From Cereibacter sphaeroides 2.4.1 (GTDB lineage: Bacteria > Pseudomonadota > Alphaproteobacteria > Rhodobacterales > Rhodobacteraceae): 32,000 bases of DNA. The notes below the pieces were generated by a model. That model worked only from the letters and a program-made list of their open reading frames with translations. It was not told where the DNA came from and ran no database searches. Numbering within the stretch: the stretch's first letter is position 1; every line of letters begins with the position of its first letter. The DNA lies in the NCBI RefSeq assembly GCF_000012905.2, contig NC_007493.2, positions 1,950,001 through 1,982,000 of the forward strand, read 5' to 3'. The position numbers and the translations under genes were made by a program. Shown piece by piece: positions 24,594 through 32,000 of the stretch.

Positions 24594-25994
24594 TCAGTTC
24601 CGGCCGATCGACTTCAGCACGCGGTCGAGCCGCTTGCCCTGCGCGCTGGTGGCCGGCGCGTGCTTCACGGCGTTGTAGTAGGCTGCCGGATCGTAGGTCG
24701 GGATGCCCAGATTGAGATGTTCGACGGTCAGGAGCCCCATCGAGGCCAGCACCTGATAGATCCCCACATAGCGCTGCGCCTCGGCGGTGAGACGGTCGGC
24801 CTGCGAGTTCAGGAGGTCCTGCTCGGCGTTCAGCACGTCGAGCGTGGTCCGGGCGCCGAGCGTCGCTTCCTCGCGCACGCCCTCGAAGGCGGTGCGGGCA
24901 GCGCGGACTTCCTCGTCCCCCGCGGCGATGGCGGCGGAGGCCACCTCGACCGTCGACCAGGCGACGCCCACATTCTGCGCCACATTCACGCCGGTCTGCA
25001 GCAGGTTCGCCTTCTGCGCATCGAGGTTGGCAAGCGTCTGGCGGTAGAGCGCGGACAACTCGCCCCCGGCATAGAGCGTGTGCCGGAGGGAGAGGCCGAC
25101 GCTGGCCGACTCCTGCCCCTCGTCGTCGAGCCCCACATTCGCCTCGGCGCTGATCGAGGGACGCATCGCGGCCTTGGCGCGCGCCACGTTCAGATCGGCC
25201 GCCGCCACCTGACGCTGGGCCTGCCGCACCTGCGGATGGGCGCGGAGCGCCACCTGGCGCGCCGCCTCCATGGTCGCGGCGGTGCGCGGCGCGGCAGGAC
25301 GCGGCGCGAGATCGACCGGATAATGGCCCACGGCGGCCTTGTAGGCCTCGCGCGCCACCTTGAGATCGCCCTCGGCCGAGGTCAGGTCGGACCGCGAGGC
25401 CGCCAGCGCGGCCTGCGCCTGCGACACGTCGGTGCGGGTGACTTCGCCCACGTCGAACCGGTCCTGCGCGGCCTGCAGTTCCTGATCGATCAGCCCGAGG
25501 TTGTTGCGCCGCAGATTGACGATGGATTGCGCAAGCTGCACCTGCACATAGGCATTGACCGCATCGAGCAGCACGTTCTGCTCGACCTGCACCAGCGCCT
25601 CGCGGGTGGCGAGCACCGTCTCCTTGGCGGCCTCGACGGCGAGCGCATTTCGCCCGAAGTCATAGAGCGTCATCGAGGCGGTGAGCCCGACCGAGGAGTT
25701 CAGGTTCTCGACGTTGGTCCGCCCGGCAGGGGTCAGGAGCGTCGCATCCGCATGAACCCGCTGGAAGCTGTAGGTCGATTGCGCGACGAACTGCACGACG
25801 GGGCGCAGAGCCGCGACGGCCACCGCCACATCCTCGTCGGTCGCCCGCAGAAGCGCGCGATTCTGTTCGAGCAGGTTGCTGTTGCGGTAGGCGGAGATGA
25901 GGGCATCGGCGAGCGTCTCCGCCTGTGCCGCGGACGAGGCCATCACCGCCAGAGCCGAGCAGGTCGCCACGGCCCACAGTCTGATCTTTCTCAT
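24594..25994 (-). CDS. tolC: TolC-family outer membrane efflux protein
   Basis: 466 aa from ATG 25994 with SD GGAGAG; the track ORF adds 40 aa. Signal peptide MRKIRLWAVATCSALAVMASSAAQA. Two internal repeats of the OEP fold (LADALISAYRNSNLLEQNRALLRA ... ; ... RQVALRAHPQVRQAQRQV). Confidence 0.9.
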   Translation of the reverse strand: MRKIRLWAVATCSALAVMASSAAQAETLADALISAYRNSNLLEQNRALLRATDEDVAVAVAALRPVVQFVAQSTYSFQRVHADATLLTPAGRTNVENLNSSVGLTASMTLYDFGRNALAVEAAKETVLATREALVQVEQNVLLDAVNAYVQVQLAQSIVNLRRNNLGLIDQELQAAQDRFDVGEVTRTDVSQAQAALAASRSDLTSAEGDLKVAREAYKAAVGHYPVDLAPRPAAPRTAATMEAARQVALRAHPQVRQAQRQVAAADLNVARAKAAMRPSISAEANVGLDDEGQESASVGLSLRHTLYAGGELSALYRQTLANLDAQKANLLQTGVNVAQNVGVAWSTVEVASAAIAAGDEEVRAARTAFEGVREEATLGARTTLDVLNAEQDLLNSQADRLTAEAQRYVGIYQVLASMGLLTVEHLNLGIPTYDPAAYYNAVKHAPATSAQGKRLDRVLKSIGRN

Positions 25995-26041
25995 TGCCCT
26001 CTCCACTGTCCCGTCAATCTCTTGTTTCTGAAAGACTTGCC

Positions 26042-26695
26042 TTACAACGCAAAATCGCGCTTCACCTCGAACCCCGGCAGGACCGGGGCACTGGCGTTGA
26101 AAACCGGGCGCCAAGTGATCGCCCCGTCCACCTTGTATCCGATGCGGGCTACGCCGAGCGGGCCTTCCATGAAGATGCAGCCGATCCGGCCGCCTTCCTT
26201 CAGCTGGTCGAGCAGCGCCTGCGGCACCGTCTCGACCGCGCCTTCGACCGTGATGACATCATAGGGCCCGTGCTTGGCGGCACCGCTGGTGAGCGGGCCC
26301 ACGATCACGGCCGCATTGTCCACGCCCTCGGCCGAGAGGGTGCGCTGCGCCTCGGCGGCAAGCTGTTCGTCCTCCTCGAGGCCCACGACCGCCTCTGCCA
26401 GCCGGGCGATCACGGCGCAGGAATAGCCGAGCCCGCAGGCCACATCGAGCACCGATTCCACCGGCTGGATGTTCAGCGTGTCGAGCAGCTTCGCAAACGT
26501 CCGCGGCTCGAGCAGGACGCGGTTCGGCGCCACCGCCACGTTCTCGCTCATGTAGGCGACTTCCCGCAGGGGGCGCGGCACATAGACCTCGCGCGGCACG
26601 GTCAGCATCGCATCGATGATCGGAAACTTGGTCACGTCCGAAGGGCGGATCTGCGTGTCCACCATCATCATGCGCCGCGTCGCAAAATCCGTCAT
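26042..26695 (-). CDS. pcm: protein-L-isoaspartate O-methyltransferase
   Basis: 217 aa from ATG 26695 with GGAAGAG 8 nt upstream; alternatives are ATG 26728 and the track start 26845. SAM-binding motif VLDVACGLGYSCAVIARL and the PCMT family layout. Confidence 0.85.
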   Translation of the reverse strand: MTDFATRRMMMVDTQIRPSDVTKFPIIDAMLTVPREVYVPRPLREVAYMSENVAVAPNRVLLEPRTFAKLLDTLNIQPVESVLDVACGLGYSCAVIARLAEAVVGLEEDEQLAAEAQRTLSAEGVDNAAVIVGPLTSGAAKHGPYDVITVEGAVETVPQALLDQLKEGGRIGCIFMEGPLGVARIGYKVDGAITWRPVFNASAPVLPGFEVKRDFAL

Positions 26696-26862
26696 CTGCC
26701 AAGCTCTTCCGTCCGCTACAGTCTCCATCCTCTTGCCACAGATGCGCAGGCGCGGCAACAGACGGCGGAACGGGTTTATCCACAGCGTGGCCGCCATCAC
26801 ACGCCCTTGCGAGCGGCCCTCCGCCCGTCCACTCTGCGCGGGCACAGAGCCGGAGCCCTGCC

Positions 26863-28245
26863 ATGACCTCCTCCCCCGCCCGCAACGGCGACATTTCCTT
26901 CTGGTATGCCGACATCGGCGGGGTGCCGCAGCCGCGGCCTCCGCTCGCGGGCGATGCGCGGGCCGATGTCTGCATCGTGGGGGCCGGCTACACCGGGCTC
27001 TGGACGGCGCTCTATCTGAAGGAGCAGGCGCCCGAGCTCGAGGTGCTGGTGCTGGAGAAGGAGTTCGCGGGCTTCGGCGCCTCGGGGCGCAATGGCGGCT
27101 GGCTCACCGGCAGCTTCGCCTGGACCCACGACCGCTATCTCTCGACCGGGACGGCCGAGGGCGTGCGCGCGATGGTGACCGCCATGAGCGGCACGGTGGA
27201 CGAGGTGATCCGGGTGGCCGAGGCTGAGGGGATCGACGCCGACATCCACAGGACCGACGAGCTGATGGTGGCGGTGACGCCGGCACAGCGGGCGCGCGCC
27301 GAGGCCGAGGTGCGCCACCGCCAGAGCTGGGGCGAGGAGCGGGTATCCTTCCTCGAGGCCGACGCGGTGGCGCGGCGCATCCGCATTCCGAAGGCGGAAG
27401 GGGCCATGGTGGTGGGCGGGGTCGCACGGGTGCAGCCCGCGAAGCTTGTCCGCGGCCTCGCCGAAGCCGCCGAACGGCGCGGCGTGCGGATCGCGGAAGG
27501 CACCGAGGTGCTGGGCATCGCCCCCGGTCGGGTCGAGACCCGGCGCGGCACCGTGCAGGCGCCCATCATCCTGCGTGCGACCGAGGGCTTCACCGCCACC
27601 CTGCCCGGCGCCAAGCGCGACTGGCTGCCGCTCAACTCGGCCCAGATCGTGACCGAGCCGCTGCCGCCCGAGATCTGGGACCGGATCGGCTGGGAGGGGG
27701 CCGAGATCCTTGGCGACATGGCCAATGCCTATTGCTACTGCCAGCGCACGCGCGAGGGGCGGATCGCCGTCGGCGCGCGCGGGCGGGCCTATCGCATGGC
27801 GTCGCGGATCGACGAGCGGGGAGAGGCCGATGCCGTCACCGTGGCCCATCTTCTGAAGCGTCTGCAGCGGCATTTCCCGGCCGCGGCCGATGCGCGGATC
27901 GACCATTCCTGGTGCGGGGTGCTGGGCGTGCCGCGCGACTGGTGCGCGACCGTGGGCCTCGATCCCACCACGGGCATCGGCTGGGCGGGCGGCTATGTGG
28001 GTGTGGGCGTCTCGACCTCGAACCTCGCGGGCCGCACGCTGGCCGATCTCGCGCTGAAGCGCGACACGGCGCTGACCCGGCTGCCGTGGGTCAACCGCCG
28101 CGTCCGCCGGTGGGAGCCCGAGCCGCTGCGCTGGCTGGGCGTGCGCGGCATGTATCGGCTGCTCGAGGCCGCCGACCGGCGGGAAGAGGCAGGCGGCCCG
28201 CCCTCGTGGCTCGCGGCCCTGGGCCACAGGATCGCGGGGCGCTGA
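26863..28245 (+). CDS. FAD-dependent oxidoreductase (PuuB/OrdL-like gamma-glutamylputrescine-oxidase family)
   Basis: 460 aa. ADVCIVGAGYTGLWTALYLKE dinucleotide fold followed by GFGASGRNGGWL. ATG with GGAG 8 nt upstream. Confidence 0.85.
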   Translation: MTSSPARNGDISFWYADIGGVPQPRPPLAGDARADVCIVGAGYTGLWTALYLKEQAPELEVLVLEKEFAGFGASGRNGGWLTGSFAWTHDRYLSTGTAEGVRAMVTAMSGTVDEVIRVAEAEGIDADIHRTDELMVAVTPAQRARAEAEVRHRQSWGEERVSFLEADAVARRIRIPKAEGAMVVGGVARVQPAKLVRGLAEAAERRGVRIAEGTEVLGIAPGRVETRRGTVQAPIILRATEGFTATLPGAKRDWLPLNSAQIVTEPLPPEIWDRIGWEGAEILGDMANAYCYCQRTREGRIAVGARGRAYRMASRIDERGEADAVTVAHLLKRLQRHFPAAADARIDHSWCGVLGVPRDWCATVGLDPTTGIGWAGGYVGVGVSTSNLAGRTLADLALKRDTALTRLPWVNRRVRRWEPEPLRWLGVRGMYRLLEAADRREEAGGPPSWLAALGHRIAGR

Positions 28246-28262
28246 CCGGCAGCCCGGTCAGC
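28241..28262. terminator. hairpin in the 26-bp convergent spacer (possible bidirectional terminator)
   Basis: GCTGACCGG-CAGC-CCGGTCAGC, a perfect 9-bp stem that includes the TGA of the oxidoreductase gene. It lies 10 nt from the dxs stop. No U tract on either side. Confidence 0.35.
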
Positions 28263-28271
28263 GCCGCAGGA

Positions 28272-30218
28272 TCAGACCGCCCGCGGCTTTGCCGTCTGCC
28301 GGAGCGGCATCACGCGCCCCCGGGCGAGCGCGCCCCGCGCGGTGGCCGCGATATCCTCGGCCCGCAGCCCCGCATCGGCATACATGTCCTCGGGGCTCGC
28401 CTGCTCGATGAAGCGGTCGGGCAGCGTCATGACCCGGAGCGCGAGGCCCCCGTCGAAGCCGCCGGAATTGGCGAGATAGTGCATGACATGGGCGCCGAAG
28501 CCGCCCATGGCCCCCTGCTCCACCGTTACCAGCGCCGCGTGATGGCGCACGAGCTGGTCGATGAGCCCCGTGTCGAGCGGGCGCGAGAAGCGGGCGTCGG
28601 CCACGGTCACGCTCACCCCCTCGGCCTCGAGAAGTTTCGCCGCCTGCAAGGCCTCGTGCAGATGCGCGCCGAAGGAGAGGATCGCGACATCCGTCCCTTC
28701 GCGCACCACGCGGCCCCGGCCGGGCTCCAGCACCGTCCCGCGCTCGGGCATCTCGACGCCCACCCCCTCGCCCCGCGGGAAGCGGAAGGCGATGGGGCCC
28801 TCGTCGAAGGCCACGGCGGTGGCGATCATGTGGATGAGCTCGGCCTCGTCGGCCGCGGCCATCACGGTCATGTTGGGCAGCGAAGTGATGAAGCCAACGT
28901 CGAAGGCCCCCGCATGGGTCGCGCCATCGGCCCCCACGAGCCCCGCCCGGTCGATCACGAAGCGGACGGGAAGGTTCTGCAGCGCCACGTCATGGGCGAT
29001 CTGGTCGTAACCCCGTTGCAGGAACGAGGAATAGATCGCGCAGAAGGGCTTCATCCCGGCCCCGGCGAGGCCGGCCGCGAAGGTCACGGCATGCTGCTCG
29101 GCGATGCCCACGTCGAAGACGCGGTTCGGGAAACGCTTCTGCATGATGTCGACGCCGGTGCCCGAGGGCATAGCGGCGGTGATCGCCACGATGCGCGGAT
29201 CGCGCGCGGCCTCCTCGGTCAGGGTGGAGCCGAAGACCTTGGTGTAGTTCGGCGCGTTGGCCACCGACTTCTTCTGCTCGCCCGTGACGGGGTCGAACTT
29301 GTTCACCCCGTGATACTTGTCGGGGGCATTCTCGGCGGGGGCGTAACCCTTGCCCTTCTTCGTGACCACATGGATGAGCACCGGCCCCGTGGTCCGGGCC
29401 CGCGCCGCGCGCAGCGTCTGGAGGAGCGCCTCCATGTCGTGGCCGTCGATGGGGCCGACATAGGTGAAGCCCAGCTCCTCGAAGAGCGTGCCCCCGCCCG
29501 GCATCCCGGTCACGAGCTGGCGCGCCCGGCGCGCCCCGTCGCGGAGCGGCCCCGGCAGCGAGGCCTCGAGCCCGTCGGCGGCCGCGCGCAGCGTGGCGAA
29601 GGGCGCCTTCGAGGAGAGATTCACGAGATAGCGCGCAAGCGCCCCCACGGGCGGCGCGATGCTCATGTCATTGTCGTTCAGGATCACGAACAGGCGCTTG
29701 TTCAGATGGCCCGCGTGGTTCAGTGCCTCGTAGGCCATGCCCGCGGTGATGGAGCCGTCGCCGATCACGGCGATCGTGTCGCCCACGGGCTGGCCCAGCT
29801 CGCGACCCATGGCAAAGCCGAGCGCGGCCGAGATCGAGGTCGAGGAATGAGCCGCGCCGAACGGGTCGTAGGCGGATTCCGAGCGCTTGGTGAAGCCCGA
29901 GAGGCCGCCCTTCTGGCGCAGGGTGCGCATCTGCTCGCGCCGGCCGGTGAGGATCTTGTGGGGGTAGCACTGGTGGCCCACGTCCCAGACGAGCTTGTCG
30001 GTGGGCGTGTTGAAGACCGCATGCAGCGCGACAGTCAGCTCAACCACCCCCAGCGAGGACCCCAGATGTCCTCCCGTCTCGGCAACGACCGAAATCACCT
30101 CGGAACGCACTTCGTCGGCCAGCCGCTCCAGTTCGGCGTCACTCAGCGCCTTCATGTCGGCCGGGCAGCAGACGCGATCCAAAAGCGGGGTTTCGGGTCG
30201 CGGGGTGGGATTGGTCAT
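28272..30218 (-). CDS. dxs: 1-deoxy-D-xylulose-5-phosphate synthase (photosynthesis-cluster copy)
   Basis: 648 aa. Contains [14 protein letters not shown], the TPP motif [18 protein letters not shown] and a transketolase-like C-terminus. SD GGGAGG lies 5 nt upstream of the ATG at 30218. The position next to pufX matches dxsA of C. sphaeroides. Confidence 0.95.
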   Translation of the reverse strand: MTNPTPRPETPLLDRVCCPADMKALSDAELERLADEVRSEVISVVAETGGHLGSSLGVVELTVALHAVFNTPTDKLVWDVGHQCYPHKILTGRREQMRTLRQKGGLSGFTKRSESAYDPFGAAHSSTSISAALGFAMGRELGQPVGDTIAVIGDGSITAGMAYEALNHAGHLNKRLFVILNDNDMSIAPPVGALARYLVNLSSKAPFATLRAAADGLEASLPGPLRDGARRARQLVTGMPGGGTLFEELGFTYVGPIDGHDMEALLQTLRAARARTTGPVLIHVVTKKGKGYAPAENAPDKYHGVNKFDPVTGEQKKSVANAPNYTKVFGSTLTEEAARDPRIVAITAAMPSGTGVDIMQKRFPNRVFDVGIAEQHAVTFAAGLAGAGMKPFCAIYSSFLQRGYDQIAHDVALQNLPVRFVIDRAGLVGADGATHAGAFDVGFITSLPNMTVMAAADEAELIHMIATAVAFDEGPIAFRFPRGEGVGVEMPERGTVLEPGRGRVVREGTDVAILSFGAHLHEALQAAKLLEAEGVSVTVADARFSRPLDTGLIDQLVRHHAALVTVEQGAMGGFGAHVMHYLANSGGFDGGLALRVMTLPDRFIEQASPEDMYADAGLRAEDIAATARGALARGRVMPLRQTAKPRAV

Positions 30219-30238
30219 CAGAGCCTCCCGTGAATGTC

Positions 30239-30271
30239 AAAAGGGTGCCGTGCGGTCTTCCACACGGCACC
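30239..30271 (-). terminator. Rho-independent terminator at the end of the puf 3' UTR
   Basis: The minus strand reads GGUGCCGUGUGG-AAGA-CCGCACGGCACC, a 12-bp stem whose one G.U pair exists only in the minus-strand RNA, followed by CUUUUGA. Confidence 0.75.
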
Positions 30272-30391
30272 AGGTCCCTGTCGCCAACAGGAAGGGAACC
30301 GGGCTGTGGTGTCGCCCCGGACCCGGGCCGGCGATATGGCCCGGACTTGGAGGAGCGGGCGGCCTCGCGCCGCCCTGCCCCGAGACTTGTC
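30239..30391 (-). ncRNA. puf operon 3' UTR; expected source of the 3'-UTR-derived sRNA PcrX
   Basis: The 153-nt stretch after the pufX stop holds three successive GC hairpins: GGGCGGC-GCGAG-GCCGCCC, CCGGGCC-N8-GGCCCGG, and the terminator. From memory, a processed sRNA (PcrX) from the puf 3' UTR has been described in R. sphaeroides. I do not recall its exact ends, so these coordinates are those of the UTR. Confidence 0.4.
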
Positions 30392-30640
30392 TCAGACGAG
30401 ATGCTTGATCAGCTCGATCCCGGTCTCCAGAGCGCCGGTGATGTTCGGCGCCGGAGCCTGGTTCTCCTGGATCGGAAGCATCCGCCCGACCACCCGGAAG
30501 AACCCGATGAGAAGGAGCGTCCCGAAGAACACGCCGCCAGCCCAGCCCGCACCCTTCATCATCTGGAAAGCGACCCAGAGGCGAAGGTTGGTCTTCGGAT
30601 TGGTGTTGAGGTGATCGTTGAAGATGGTCTTGTCAGCCAT
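30392..30640 (-). CDS. pufX: PufX, RC-LH1 core complex protein
   Basis: The 82-aa product [82 protein letters not shown] matches C. sphaeroides PufX as I remember it. SD GGAG upstream. The ATG lies 12 nt after the pufM stop. Confidence 0.97.
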
Positions 30641-30652
30641 TGTGATCGCTCC

Positions 30653-31579
30653 TCAGTTCAGCGGCGCCATGCCGTGGTTCTGGCCCCAGACGTACCAGTT
30701 GTCCACGACCGTGCCCGAGAGCAGGATGCCGATGCCGCCGGTGAGGGTCACGAGGACCGCCATCCAGATGGCCCAGCGGTGGATGCCTTCCATCGTGGCG
30801 TTGAAACCCATGGTCCAGCGCCAGAAGAGGGCGGCCCGCTCCGCTGCCGTCCCGCGGTCGGCGATCTGCTCCAGCTCGCGCTCGCCGCCGAAGCGGGAGA
30901 CCGCGAGGATGGTCGCACCGTGCATCGCGAAGAGCAGGGCCGACCCGTAGAGGAAGGCGATCGAGAGACCGTGGAAGGGGTTGTAGAACAGGTTGCCGTG
31001 GACGAGCGAGAAGTTGTTCGTCCAGTCGAGGTGCGAGAAGATGCCGTAGGGAACCGCTTCCGACCAGGACCCCATGAGGATCGGACGGATGAAGCCCAGC
31101 ACCATCCACAGCCAGATGGCCGAGAGGAACGCCCAGGCGGTGTGCTTGCCCATGCCCAGCGCCTGAGCGCGGAGATAGGTGCGGCCCCACCAGGACCAGA
31201 CCGCGACGAACATGAAGAACGACGCGATCAGCCACAGCCCGCCTTCCTTCAGCGGAGCCGCGAAGGACAGACCGTATTCGGGTGCCGGCGGCTCGAGCGA
31301 GAAGAAGAACAGGTCGCGCAGGAAGACGGCCGGGTTCCAGCCCGCCTGATACCAGAACCAGATCCCGATGGTGAAGAACCACATCAGGCCCGAGAAGAGG
31401 GACAGGACGCCGAGCGAGCCGAGATAGATCGGGCCGAGCTGGGCGTTGCCGAACCAGCCGAGCAGGGTCGAGAAGGGACCGACGCCCGAACGGTTGGCCA
31501 GGTTGACGTCTTCGGTCATCCCCAGGTCGGCCGGTCCGCGGACCTGGACCTGGGAGAAGATGTTCTGATACTCAGCCAT
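30653..31579 (-). CDS. pufM: photosynthetic reaction centre subunit M
   Basis: The 308-aa product begins [36 protein letters not shown] and contains the conserved His ligands ([37 protein letters not shown]). The ATG overlaps the pufL stop within ATGGCTGA. Confidence 0.97.
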
Positions 31580-32000
31580 TGATGCCTCCCGGGATGTTCG
31601 CCCACCACGGCAGCTTCACCCACCATTGCCACCAGTCGACCCACTGATCGAACCAGATGGTGCCGGTAATGATCATGCAGAGGGCGCTGAAGAAGACGGC
31701 GCTCAGCGAGAGCAGCAGGCCGAGGCGGTGGATGCCGAGCGTCCCGATCGAGTAGCCGACCAGATCGCGGAAGAACGTATCCTCGTGATCCGGCGTCCGC
31801 ATTTCCTTGCCCTTCTCGGGGTTGGCCGCGGAGAGCACAAGGGCGCCGTGCAGCGCCAGAGCCAGCGCGTTCGTGAAGAAGAACGAGATGGCGATCATGT
31901 GGGCAGGGTTGTAGTGGAAGTTGCCGTAGGTGTAGCCCGTGTTCGACACCCAGTCGAGGTGCGTCCAGATCCCGTAGGGGAAGGCATAGCCCCAGGCGCC
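31572..32000 (-). CDS. pufL: photosynthetic reaction centre subunit L (3' part; 5' end lies beyond the window)
   Basis: The reading frame stays open to the window edge ([61 protein letters not shown] ... [11 protein letters not shown]). The track's internal start at 31949 is an artefact of truncation. Confidence 0.97.

Noticed and set aside
1-32000. Window-wide look for CRISPR arrays, IS/transposase or integrase genes, tRNA/rRNA genes, toxin-antitoxin pairs, restriction-modification or other defence modules, and strong compositional islands.
   Set aside because: None found. There are no regularly spaced direct repeats with unique spacers, no transposase or recombinase motifs, and no tRNA-like T-loop/acceptor patterns. 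The only clearly AT-enriched patches are short promoter-like spacers (13600-13670, 22780-22975). This was a by-eye scan, so short or degenerate elements could have been missed.

Overview
This is 32 kb of high-GC alphaproteobacterial chromosome, densely packed with 28 protein-coding genes (27 complete, 1 cut by the window edge). I see no rRNA, tRNA, CRISPR array, IS element, integrase or prophage signature. The right end encodes PufX, PufM and the C-terminal 142 aa of PufL, whose sequences I recognise from memory as those of Cereibacter (Rhodobacter) sphaeroides. Next to them lies dxs, the copy at the border of the photosynthesis gene cluster. The window is therefore most likely C. sphaeroides chromosome 1, running from the motAB stator operon to the puf operon. 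The genes in between are ordinary housekeeping and metabolic genes: a soluble globin-coupled chemoreceptor, moaA, an argE-like deacylase translationally coupled to a DAO-type flavoprotein, a DUF3422-like membrane protein, pntAB, an ICMT-family methyltransferase, kynureninase, a lipoprotein L,D-transpeptidase, a PuuD-like amidotransferase, a class V aminotransferase, an MsbA-like ABC exporter overlapping ygfZ, efp, tolC, pcm and a second flavoprotein oxidase. I do not see a convincing novel multi-gene system; there is no defence, toxin-antitoxin, secretion or mobile module. The observations most worth a second look are small or non-coding. (1) A consensus -24/-12 promoter lies in front of motA. 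(2) A PopZ-like (DUF2497-like) protein lies next to tolC-pcm. (3) A roughly 70-bp REP-like element occurs twice in opposite orientations. (4) A roughly 63-bp tandem repeat array sits in a convergent spacer. (5) Palindromic TTGC/GCAA boxes sit upstream of pntA. (6) An orphan 108-aa ORF with an AT-rich leader is divergent from efp. (7) The puf 3' UTR ends in a strong terminator only about 20 nt before the dxs start codon. Many very long ORFs in the supplied track are antisense or out-of-frame shadows typical of high-GC DNA. Several real genes start well inside their track ORF. The track also counts GTG and TTG as starts. All counts and identities quoted were made by eye.
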